From NCBI GenBank assembly GCA_029856145.1, contig JAHQWK010000030.1, forward strand, positions 9,261-73,260: a DNA stretch of 64,000 bases. The letters are read 5' to 3'. Position numbers and translations under genes: made by a program. Origin of the DNA: Promethearchaeia archaeon (GTDB taxonomy: Archaea; Asgardarchaeota; Lokiarchaeia; Sigyniarchaeales; SOKP01). The notes below the pieces were generated by a model, which was not told the DNA's origin, searched no databases, and saw only the letters and a program-made list of their open reading frames with translations. This document shows, piece after piece, positions 50,331 to 59,418 of this stretch. Position 1 is the stretch's first letter, and the number at the start of each line of letters is the position of its first letter.

Positions 50331-50924
50331 TTGATTGTTTTGGTAACCTGTCCTAAATGTGGAGAAGAATACTCATTAGGTAGAAAAATTTATCATAGTT
50401 GTGAAGGGTTTTCAATATCTCACGGTGTTGTTTTTAATGATGATCGTGAAAATCGTCCTTGGAATTGTCATTCTATAGATGAAACGGATAAGGAAATTTT
50501 AAATATTTTACAGGAGAATAATAAAATTTCATATCGGGAATTAGCAGAGAAGCTAAAATTAGCTGCGAGTACGATTCATAATAGAGTACAAAAGATGATT
50601 GAAGAAGAAATAATAAAGCAATTTGGAGCTATAGTAGATCCCGTGAAAATTGGCTATAACACCATAGCACTAGTAGGCCTTTCAGTCGATCCAGTAAAAA
50701 TGAATGAAATTGCAGAGATAATTGCATCATTTGATGAAACTCAACTTGTAGCGATTTCATCAGGAGATCATGACATTATCGCTCAGATCATTGCTAAGGA
50801 TGAAAAATCACTCTGGAACTTTATAAATATAAAAATAAAGACAATAAGTGGAATAAAACCTCAAATTCATGTATCAAACTTTCTAGATATATTCAAATCT
50901 ACACATTCAATAAAAATCGCCTAA
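50331..50924 (+). CDS. Lrp/AsnC-family regulator with an N-terminal CPKC...HxC metal-binding domain
   Basis: IDETDKEILNILQEN..ISYRELAEKL..AASTIHNRV, SGDHDI. The start may be TTG 50340. Confidence 0.9.
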   Translation: MIVLVTCPKCGEEYSLGRKIYHSCEGFSISHGVVFNDDRENRPWNCHSIDETDKEILNILQENNKISYRELAEKLKLAASTIHNRVQKMIEEEIIKQFGAIVDPVKIGYNTIALVGLSVDPVKMNEIAEIIASFDETQLVAISSGDHDIIAQIIAKDEKSLWNFINIKIKTISGIKPQIHVSNFLDIFKSTHSIKIA

Positions 50925-50981
50925 TAATAATTTAAATAAATAAAATCGTTTTATTCTTCTTTTTAGAAACCTATCTTATAT

Positions 50982-51428
50982 TTAATCATCCTCAAAATGC
51001 TTTACAACTGTAAACCAAAAGTTTATTATTGAATTAATAATTCTGTAAAATTCCTTCATTTCTAAAGGTTTAATTATATAACAATTAGCATGAAGATTAT
51101 AAGCTTTTATTAAATCTTCTCTTACATCAGATACTGTTAAGATTACCACAGGAATCCTTTTTAATTCTTCATCATGTTTCATTTCTTTCAATACATCAAA
51201 ACCATTCCTCTTTGGCAAATTTAAATCTAAAAGGATTAGGTTTGGTTTACTAGCATTAGAAAATTTACCTCTCTTCTTTAAGAAATCAATCGCTTCAGCA
51301 CCGTCCCTTACAATATCTAAACTACCTACAATTTTATTCTCTTGAAGAACTTTCTTGGTAAGACGAATATCTGCAGCATTATCTTCAACGAGTAAGATTT
51401 TAGCCTTAGTTCTTTTATATTCATTCAT
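50982..51428 (-). CDS. Stand-alone response regulator (Rcp1-like)
   Basis: ILLVEDN, LILLDLNLPK, IPVVILT, AY.LHANCYIIKP. Confidence 0.93.
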   Translation of the reverse strand: MNEYKRTKAKILLVEDNAADIRLTKKVLQENKIVGSLDIVRDGAEAIDFLKKRGKFSNASKPNLILLDLNLPKRNGFDVLKEMKHDEELKRIPVVILTVSDVREDLIKAYNLHANCYIIKPLEMKEFYRIINSIINFWFTVVKHFEDD

Positions 51429-51447
51429 AATTATATACCATTATTCT

Positions 51448-52509
51448 TTATTTTTTTTTTGGAAAAATTGTAAAGAAGAAGGTTGATCCTTTACCAAATT
51501 CTGATTTTACCCATATTTTTCCACCATATCGTTGTACTATCTTCTTACATATAGGTAATCCTATACCTGTACCAGGATATTCTTCTTTAGTGTGTAACCG
51601 GTAAAAAATATTAAAAAGTTTATCAAAAAATGTTGATTCAATACCTATGCCATTATCTTTTATAGAGAATAACCACTCATCATTAATTTTTTTTACTCCA
51701 ACATGAATTTTAGGTGTTTCTTGGCTTCGGAATTTTATAGCGTTACTAAGTAGATTCTGAAATAATTGTATAAATTGAGTTTTATCAACATTTAGTATCG
51801 GCATTTTGTCATGAGTTATAACAGCACCACTTTCTTTTATTGCCTCTTGTAAGTTAAATAAAGCATCTTCTAAAATCTTCTCAAGATTAGTTAATTTTGA
51901 AGGTTTAGCATGTGTAGTGATCCTTGAATATGATAATAGATCTTTTATAAGAGTATTCATTTTTTTTGCGCCGTCTGTAATAAAGTGAATGAATTCTTTA
52001 CCTTCCTTATTTATTTGATCTTGATATTCTTCTTCAAGAAGTTGAGAAAAGCTTACAATTGCTCTTAAAGGTTCTTGTAGATCATGAGATGCTACATAGG
52101 CAAATTGTTGTAAATCTTCGTTAGAACGCCTTAAATCCTCCATTATTACATTGAATTCAATTTCTCTTTTTGAAATATGCTCAGATAGGAATGATACTAC
52201 TATTCCAACAATTATTAATGAGATAGCTCTCAGAAAATTATTAATGGTTTCTAAATTAAAAAACTCATTTTCTGGGATAAAATGAAATATAATTATTATT
52301 GCAGCTAATAAAACCGGAATAATTAAACCTTTTCTTTTCCACCATAAACATGCTAAAATTGAAGGAAAATAAAAAAAATGCGCAACTAGAATAGAAGTTC
52401 TAAGTACTACATCGAAATAATAAATTAATAAAAATGATAAAATCATTAAAATAAAAATAATTAATATTCTCAATCTCTCTTCTTTAAGTTTCAGGTTCAT
52501 TACAATCAT
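51448..52509 (-). CDS. Membrane sensor histidine kinase (Cph1-like transmitter)
   Basis: N-terminal TM helices; LQQFAYVASHDLQEPLR, NLLSNAIKF, DNGIGI, GTGIGL. Confidence 0.94.
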   Translation of the reverse strand: MIVMNLKLKEERLRILIIFILMILSFLLIYYFDVVLRTSILVAHFFYFPSILACLWWKRKGLIIPVLLAAIIIIFHFIPENEFFNLETINNFLRAISLIIVGIVVSFLSEHISKREIEFNVIMEDLRRSNEDLQQFAYVASHDLQEPLRAIVSFSQLLEEEYQDQINKEGKEFIHFITDGAKKMNTLIKDLLSYSRITTHAKPSKLTNLEKILEDALFNLQEAIKESGAVITHDKMPILNVDKTQFIQLFQNLLSNAIKFRSQETPKIHVGVKKINDEWLFSIKDNGIGIESTFFDKLFNIFYRLHTKEEYPGTGIGLPICKKIVQRYGGKIWVKSEFGKGSTFFFTIFPKKK

Positions 52510-52860
52510 TTCTCATCTTTTATTACATATTCTTTAATATGTGATTTTTTTAAAACGAATTGGTAAAAAATCATAGGAAAAAATCATAATTAATAAGAAT
52601 ATTATCCAATATAAAATAAATTTTATCGAACAAAAATATCACTAATTATAGTCTAGAAAATGAGCTTTCAGTTTAAAAATTAGAAAAACAATAATAGTAT
52701 TCTTTATACATTTAAAAATTTTATAACTAAAATGATTCATTTGAATTATAGATAAAATAATTATTTATATTAAACTGAATATTATTCAGTATAAGGAAAA
52801 TAGAGATGGAAAAAATTTTAATTTTTAAAATGTCCTAAAAACATTTTCGGGTGAACAAAT

Positions 52861-53760
52861 ATAGAGAATAAAAAACTCGATATCCTACTAATTGAAGATA
52901 ATACTGCTGATGTGCGCCTTATTGAAAAATTATTAAAAACTTCCGCAGAATTCAAATTTGATTTAGAAGCTTATCCTAGACTTTCAGAAAGTCTGAATCA
53001 TCTTAAGACTAAAAACTTTGATATTATTTTATTAGATTTAACTCTACCAGATAGCGAGAGAGAATCTACTTTAGAAAGAGTTTTAAGTTTTACTGTTGCA
53101 ATTCCTATAATAATTTTAACTGGATTAGATGATAAGGAATTAGCCTTACGATCTCTTCAAAAGGGAGCCCAAGATTATATAGTAAAAAGTGAACTTAATG
53201 GACAAAGTTTAACACGAGCTATCTTATATGCAATTGAACGACACAGAATTGAAAGCGAAAAAGAAAGAGATAAGGCGTTTAAAACGCAATTTGATGAAAA
53301 AGATAAAGAAATTCTTAATTTTCTACAAGAAAATTACAAAATCTCTTATAAAGATTTAAGTAAAAAAGTAAATCTAGCTGCTAGTACTATTCATAATCGA
53401 GTACAAAATATGATAAAAGAGGGAATCATAAGAAAATTTGATACACTCGTAGATCCATTTAAAGTTGGATATGAATCTATAGCTATTCTTGGTCTATCTA
53501 TTGATCCAATGAAATTGGATGAAGTCGCAAAAAGGCTAACCGAATATGATGATATACAATTGGTTGCATCATCAACTGGAGATCATAATTTATTAATAAA
53601 AATTATTGCTAAGGATGAAAAAAATCTCTGGAGATTTATTAATGATGAGATTAAAATATTAGATGGAATTCAACTACCAATGCGTGTATCAAGTTTTATT
53701 GATATTTTTAAAATGACTCAGAAAATAAATTTTGATATTGGAAAAAATAATAAATCCTAA
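52861..53760 (+). CDS. Receiver domain fused to an Lrp/AsnC regulator; probable AUA start
   Basis: The frame extends to ATA 52861: (I)ENKKLDILLIEDNTADVRL, restoring the REC acidic pocket. In-frame TGA at 52852 within the SD GGGTGA. ILLDLTLPD, ILTG, DYIVK, then a full Lrp HTH and ligand-binding domain. Confidence 0.9.
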   Translation: MENKKLDILLIEDNTADVRLIEKLLKTSAEFKFDLEAYPRLSESLNHLKTKNFDIILLDLTLPDSERESTLERVLSFTVAIPIIILTGLDDKELALRSLQKGAQDYIVKSELNGQSLTRAILYAIERHRIESEKERDKAFKTQFDEKDKEILNFLQENYKISYKDLSKKVNLAASTIHNRVQNMIKEGIIRKFDTLVDPFKVGYESIAILGLSIDPMKLDEVAKRLTEYDDIQLVASSTGDHNLLIKIIAKDEKNLWRFINDEIKILDGIQLPMRVSSFIDIFKMTQKINFDIGKNNKS

Positions 53761-55103
53761 GGGAAAATTCCTCTCAATTCAATTGCTTTAGCTAATCTTG
53801 ATATAGCAATCATATATGAGGCTATTCTTAGACTAGCATTCTTTTCTTTTGATAGATTATAAACATCCTCGAATGCACTAACAAGAATATTTTTTAATTC
53901 CTGATTAATTCTTTCTAATTTCCAAAAATAGCTATGAATATCTTGAATGTATTCAAAATACGAGACACATACGCCTCCAGCATTAGCAAGAATATCAGGG
54001 ACTACAATTATCCCTTTTTTCTCTAGAATATTATCTGCTCCTGGAGTAGTTGGACCATTAGCACCTTCTAATATAATTTTACAATTTATTCTATTTGCAT
54101 TTGATCGGGTTATTTGGTTTTCTATTGCAGCAGGAATTAAGATATCACATTTTAAAGTAAGTATATCTTCATTACTGACGAATTTATAGCCTTTACCTTG
54201 AAAATCTTTTAAATAATTACTTTCATCTCTCCATTTTAATAATTGGTCGATATTTAATCCGCCTTTGGCATATAAACCTCCACTAATGTCTGACACAGCT
54301 ATAATTTTACATCCTTTCTCATATAAAATTTTTGCAATATTTCCTCCAACATTGCCAAATCCTTGAATAACAATATCCTGGGGGTTTAGATCTAAATTAA
54401 TTTTATTGCATAAAGCTTCGAGTACAAAAAATAATCCCATTCCAGTTGCAGATTCTCTCCCAACTGAACCTCCTATTTCTATTGGTTTCCCCGTAACGAC
54501 CCCAGGAACAGCCCTCCCTTTATGCATCGAATAAGTATCCATAATCCACGCCATGATCTGAGGATTTGTATTTACATCAGGAGCTGGAATATCCTTATCG
54601 GGGCCTATAAAATTTATGATTTCTGAAGTGTATCTCCTAGTTAGCCTTTCTAATTCCTCTTTTGATAATTTTCTGGGGTCAACACATACACCACCTTTTG
54701 CTCCTCCAAGAGGTAAATTTAATAAGCTACATTTCCAAGTCATCCAAATAGCCAACGCTTTAACTTCATCAAGGTTAACATTTGGAGCAAATCTAATACC
54801 TCCTTTACCAGGACCTCGAACTGTTGAATGTTGCACTCTGTAACCCTCAAATATCTTGAGTGTTCCATCATTCATCTTAATTGGAATAGAAACAATTAAA
54901 GAACGTTCAACTCTTTTGAGAAATTTCTTAATATTATTATTCAATCCCATCTTTTCGGCAACAATGTCAATTTGTTTTTTTGCCATTTCAAATGGATTTG
55001 TTTCCATTAATAATTCTTCCTTGACCGTAACAGAAACGTCAGCAGCAACTAAAGCTTCGGGATAAATTATTTTCATTTGTTCCTTTTTCTTATTTTCTAA
55101 CAT
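53757..55103 (-). CDS. gdhA: Glutamate dehydrogenase (Glu/Leu/Phe/Val family)
   Basis: GPGKGGIRF, GGAKGG, DIPAPD, VVTGKP, QGFGNVG, GANGPTT, PDILANAGGV. Confidence 0.95.
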   Translation of the reverse strand: MLENKKKEQMKIIYPEALVAADVSVTVKEELLMETNPFEMAKKQIDIVAEKMGLNNNIKKFLKRVERSLIVSIPIKMNDGTLKIFEGYRVQHSTVRGPGKGGIRFAPNVNLDEVKALAIWMTWKCSLLNLPLGGAKGGVCVDPRKLSKEELERLTRRYTSEIINFIGPDKDIPAPDVNTNPQIMAWIMDTYSMHKGRAVPGVVTGKPIEIGGSVGRESATGMGLFFVLEALCNKINLDLNPQDIVIQGFGNVGGNIAKILYEKGCKIIAVSDISGGLYAKGGLNIDQLLKWRDESNYLKDFQGKGYKFVSNEDILTLKCDILIPAAIENQITRSNANRINCKIILEGANGPTTPGADNILEKKGIIVVPDILANAGGVCVSYFEYIQDIHSYFWKLERINQELKNILVSAFEDVYNLSKEKNASLRIASYMIAISRLAKAIELRGIFP

Positions 55104-55106
55104 TTT

Positions 55107-55270
55107 CGAATAGAATTCAATTTCATTCTTTTCAATTTAATTGATTAGATAATATCTCTTCATTTTATATATGTCATTTAATGCTTATAAATGTGTCGAA
55201 CAATATCCTTTCATCAGTTTATTAAAGCGAAGAGAGTTCGAGCATCCCTATATCAAACGAATCTAATTCA
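55107..55270. promoter_or_regulatory. Three YGAA-N5-TTCR sites in the gdh upstream region
   Basis: CGAATAGAATTCA 55107-55119, CGAAGAGAGTTCG 55228-55240, CGAATCTAATTCA 55258-55270. Confidence 0.62.
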
Positions 55271-55349
55271 ATTAAGCATATTAATCTTTATCATGATATT
55301 TTAGCATACCCAACTAATAAAAAAGATAAAATTCTTAGAAGATAAGGGA

Positions 55350-55577
55350 TTAAAAGATCTTAAAGATTTTACAAAATAGACTTATAATTTCAGATAAAGC
55401 TTTTTGAAAATATCTTCGAGCTAATGTAATATTTTCTCGAGAAGGAGAATAAATAACACCTCCTGGAACAAGTGAAATCAAATGAACAGATCTTCCGCCA
55501 AATAATTCATTTATTTCATTTCCAACTTTAATTAAATCATATAAATTAGATGTTAATTGAGGATTATTATTCCTCAT
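55350..55577 (-). pseudogene. Internal fragment of a group 3 [NiFe]-hydrogenase large subunit
   Basis: GNEINELFGGRSVHLISLVPGGV matches the conserved GGR.IHP....PGG segment. Only 75 aa, with no CxxC Ni-binding motifs. Confidence 0.65.
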
Positions 55578-55609
55578 GAGTTTTTAAATTTCAACTTTAA
55601 AAAAAAAAA

Positions 55610-57289
55610 TTAATAAGAAATTTTTATTTCCCTTCCAAATAGTATTTTTCTAGCTTTCTCAAATGCTTCATTATAATCAAAAATTTTTTTTCCTTTAGTA
55701 GTCGCTGCTTCTTTTAGAATTGAAGCCTCAACTTCTGATTTAAGAGTACCAACTGCTAATGCTCCTGTTCCAAATATAGCTGGAAAAATTTCCTTATTAT
55801 TATCTTTAGGCTTTAAACCCTCAATTCCATAAGGAGGTACTAAATTAATATCAATTACAATTTTGTTTTTTAATTTAATCATGAGTTCTTTTGATAATAC
55901 TTGAACTCCTACTGCGGCTAAGGACCATATTATCTCAGCGTTTTCTATAATCTCGAATTTTTGATCGTCATTAACAGCATATATACCCTTTATTAAGGTA
56001 GCATCTTCTCCAGCTTCAGTAGATAATTCTTCTGCTAAATTCTGAATAAAATTCTTACTTGATTTATTCCATGTTTCAACAATAAAAGTTTTACATTTTA
56101 ATTTTGCTGACAAAATGGCAGCAATTCTCGCAACTGGTCCTGCTCCTAAAATTACAACTTTCTTTCCTTTTAAATCTCCGATGTTATGCATCCTAGCAAA
56201 CTCCATCGTTTTTGCTACTATGCAGGGAGCGGTTGTGTGTGAACCTCTCGGGTCAATAATTATAGGGCATTCAAATGGGGGGACTAATGAATTTATTACT
56301 TCTTTAGCAATTTTATATCCTTCTTTTACATTAGACCCCCCAACAAAAAATGAGGTAGGAGCACTAGGTTTGCGAGAAAAAATAGCATCTTGTACTAATT
56401 TTGGTACTTGATCAGCAGAAATTTTACTAATTGGAATTACAATATCAAATCCTGCGTCATAAGCCATATTAATATCAAAAGGGGAAGCATTTTCATCAGT
56501 ATCGAAAAAATAACAAATTTTCTCTAGTTCTTCTTTTTTTTTAATTTTAATTGGGGTTAAATTAATTGTTTTATTAAGAATACTTTTTATCGTAGAATTT
56601 TCAATATTAGTAGCAATTTGAGAAATCCTTTTAATTTTGATTTCTTCGATTTCTACTCCTAATTCTTCAGCGTATTGTTTTATTCCATCAAAATGTTGTA
56701 CGTCACATATAAAAAAAGCTGTTAAATTTTTACTTTTTGTCTCTCGTGCTTTATTCATAATTTTCATCATCATCCACGCTTCTCTAACTTTAAATCTTAC
56801 TTCATTTTCTTGTTCTTCATATTCTTGTTGTAGGTATTGTTTCCATAATAAAACTCTTTGAAATTCAAAATTATTTTTAAGAAATTCTTCTCTTAAATTT
56901 GAGTTGGTATTAATTACATTCTTTAGTTGCTTAATAAGTGATCTATGTTCATCTAAATTAGCATTAAGATAACCTTCTGCATTTTCAGAAATATCGATTA
57001 TTTGATATGGAATATTATATGTTCTAAATAATACTGAGATTGGGTCATCTTGTGATATAACCTCTTCCCATCTACTTCCTTTTTCTTCGACTGCAAAATT
57101 AGGTTGATATTTTTCAATAATACTCTCAATTAATTCAAGATACTCTTTTGAGATTAAATGTAAATTCCAAGCTAAATCATGCTTTTTTTCAGCTGGACCT
57201 TCAAACCACCAATCAATTGGAAATTCACTTTCAATTAATATTATTTTTAATTTGCTCCTCTCTAGTGGTATTAATTCTAAAACTTCCAT
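55610..57289 (-). CDS. NAD(P)-dependent methylene-H4MPT dehydrogenase (MtdB/MtdC-like) fused to an unknown ~250-aa N-terminal domain
   Basis: SPFDINMAYDAGFD, VQDAIFSR, VPPF, DPRGSHTTA, GAGPVA, DINLVPPYGIEG, GALAVG.LK. Confidence 0.85.
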   Translation of the reverse strand: MEVLELIPLERSKLKIILIESEFPIDWWFEGPAEKKHDLAWNLHLISKEYLELIESIIEKYQPNFAVEEKGSRWEEVISQDDPISVLFRTYNIPYQIIDISENAEGYLNANLDEHRSLIKQLKNVINTNSNLREEFLKNNFEFQRVLLWKQYLQQEYEEQENEVRFKVREAWMMMKIMNKARETKSKNLTAFFICDVQHFDGIKQYAEELGVEIEEIKIKRISQIATNIENSTIKSILNKTINLTPIKIKKKEELEKICYFFDTDENASPFDINMAYDAGFDIVIPISKISADQVPKLVQDAIFSRKPSAPTSFFVGGSNVKEGYKIAKEVINSLVPPFECPIIIDPRGSHTTAPCIVAKTMEFARMHNIGDLKGKKVVILGAGPVARIAAILSAKLKCKTFIVETWNKSSKNFIQNLAEELSTEAGEDATLIKGIYAVNDDQKFEIIENAEIIWSLAAVGVQVLSKELMIKLKNKIVIDINLVPPYGIEGLKPKDNNKEIFPAIFGTGALAVGTLKSEVEASILKEAATTKGKKIFDYNEAFEKARKILFGREIKISY

Positions 57290-57584
57290 TTTCTCTCAAA
57301 CACCTCTCATATTTTTTTATAATGTTTAAATTTAAACTTCCTTTGTAGATTTTCCTATATCATATTATGTTTCTATTGCATAAAAACTTATGTATTCGAA
57401 AGTATTAATACAATAAAACGATCATCAAATGATCACTAATCTACAATTTTTAAGTTAAACTTTTTCTTTTGAAATATAAAAGTGAGATTTATTAGATTTA
57501 GAGACACATAATCTATAGCGCTAATTTATTGAAAAATCAATGTATCTTTACAAAATAAATTTTTAAAAAAAGAGGTGATAAGTC

Positions 57585-57950
57585 ATAACCCAAAATGAAA
57601 AACATATTTTATATGTACAAACTTCCCATGATCCAGAACGCCAATATTCACCATTAGTTCTAGCTCAAACAGCTAAAGCAATGGATATCAAAGCAACAGT
57701 CTACTATTTAGGTACCGCATTAAAAATTTTAAAACCAGGAGAAGCTGATAAAATTAAATTAGGTAGTTTTCCAAGTGTGAAAGAAATGATTGATAAAACT
57801 ATGAATATGGGTATTGAAATCTTAGTTTGTGAAGCTTCAAAAAGAATGTTAGGTTTGGAAAAAGTGGATTTAATTCCCGGTGTTAAGATTGTCGGTGCTG
57901 CTACTTTAAATGATTTAGTTTTAGAGGCAGATGCGACTCAATGGTTTTAA
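57585..57950 (+). CDS. DsrE-family protein; probable AUA start
   Basis: The frame extends to ATA 57585: (I)TQNEKHILYVQTSHDPERQYSPLVLAQTAKAMD...VCEAS...IVGAATL. SD GAGGTGA lies 6 nt upstream, with an in-frame TAA at 57579. Confidence 0.82.
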   Translation: MTQNEKHILYVQTSHDPERQYSPLVLAQTAKAMDIKATVYYLGTALKILKPGEADKIKLGSFPSVKEMIDKTMNMGIEILVCEASKRMLGLEKVDLIPGVKIVGAATLNDLVLEADATQWF

Positions 57951-57999
57951 GATAAAACAAATAAAAAATAAGTAAAAAAAACTAAGTAGTTATTAATTC

Positions 58000-59133
58000 T
58001 TATTGTATGAGTTCTAGAAATGTTTTATTCCCAATCATATTTTTCTCTGGTGGGACATTATCTCGCACTTTAATCATTTTTATTGCATCATTTGGACAAT
58101 TTGCTGCGCAAATACCACATCCAATGCAAAGTTCTTCTCTTAATACCATTCTTTCAATAGGATCAATTTCAATTGGAAATTTATGATAAATTGCTTCATT
58201 GGGGCATTTTCTCATACAAGTTTCACATTTATTACAGAGTTCAATATTAAATTTAGGTGAAAAATTAGAGGGAAGTGCACCTTTCTCATGAAATATTTTT
58301 GCTGGAAATAAAGATCCACAGTGGCAACTACAACAATTACAGATAAAAACAGAAGATTCATAACCTTTATCAAAAATAGCATTATGTACTAAGCCTCTTT
58401 TTTCAGTCTCTTTAATGAATTCAATAGCTTCTTCTTTATTTAACAATCTTGCACCACGAATGCCATCAGACACCATCATAACACCAGCAGATCCTACAAT
58501 AAAGCACCCCATTTCAGAAGGTGCAACTTCACATGGTTCTCCTGATAGTTCTCCAATCAAACGGCATTGACAAGATATTACAGCAAACTGGTCATTTTTG
58601 TCTATAAGGGTTTTTACTGATTCATAAGGCAATATTTGTGATTGAATATCAAAATCTTTATTGATTTCAATCAATTTTTCTTCAGCTTCTAATGGAAGCA
58701 TTGGTCGAAAAAGATTCCATTCTGTATCATTTAGCTGATTTCGTTGAGGCATAATCTCCTTCATAATATCCCTATATAGCTTAGCTGCTTTACTTATGTT
58801 CTCCTCTGTATCCTTACTTTTCATAAAGTATTTTTCAAAAATCCCCGGAATGATAGGATCAAGACAGTATTTTAATCCTTTTTTCGATATTGTTCCATTC
58901 TCTACTGACCTTTTTAATAGGTTTTTAATCTTATCTTTTGGTAATCCCGATCTTTCCATTAGTTGTTTTATTGAATTCCACTTATCAGCACTGTCAAAAT
59001 GAAAAAGTAATTTAATTTCCTCTTCATTCCAAAAAATTTTCAGTAATTTAATTATTTTCCGATGTTTTGGTGCTGTTAATGGGCCTAATACTAGTTTCTG
59101 TCTTACAATATCATAATAATCTGGTTCAGCCAT
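58000..59133 (-). CDS. 4Fe-4S protein with N-terminal HTH-like region and CxCR/CNCC motifs
   Basis: SCQCR, GLVH, ICNCCSCHC, two ferredoxin motifs. Confidence 0.88.
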   Translation of the reverse strand: MAEPDYYDIVRQKLVLGPLTAPKHRKIIKLLKIFWNEEEIKLLFHFDSADKWNSIKQLMERSGLPKDKIKNLLKRSVENGTISKKGLKYCLDPIIPGIFEKYFMKSKDTEENISKAAKLYRDIMKEIMPQRNQLNDTEWNLFRPMLPLEAEEKLIEINKDFDIQSQILPYESVKTLIDKNDQFAVISCQCRLIGELSGEPCEVAPSEMGCFIVGSAGVMMVSDGIRGARLLNKEEAIEFIKETEKRGLVHNAIFDKGYESSVFICNCCSCHCGSLFPAKIFHEKGALPSNFSPKFNIELCNKCETCMRKCPNEAIYHKFPIEIDPIERMVLREELCIGCGICAANCPNDAIKMIKVRDNVPPEKNMIGNKTFLELIQ

Positions 59134-59418
59134 AGTCTTTATTATAACATTATTTTATAAATACTTAAGTGTGAATTTTTTTCAAAATCGTAAAAAAATT
59201 ATTATACAAAATAACAATTAACGTAGCTCTAATTAATCAGAATATTGTCTAAGTGTAATTTATTAAAATTAAAAATTCTCTCTGTTATCTAAGACATATT
59301 AAAAAACATGATCTTATTCGGATTTGGTATGAGGAGATATATCATAAATAAACATAAACCTAAATTTAATGCTTAATTCATATCAATTAATAGAGAATAT
59401 ACTTGAAAATTCTATTTA

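Noticed and set aside
57420-57434. Palindrome GATCA-TCAAA-TGATC between the mtd-like gene and dsrE
   Set aside because: Single occurrence; not enough to call an operator.
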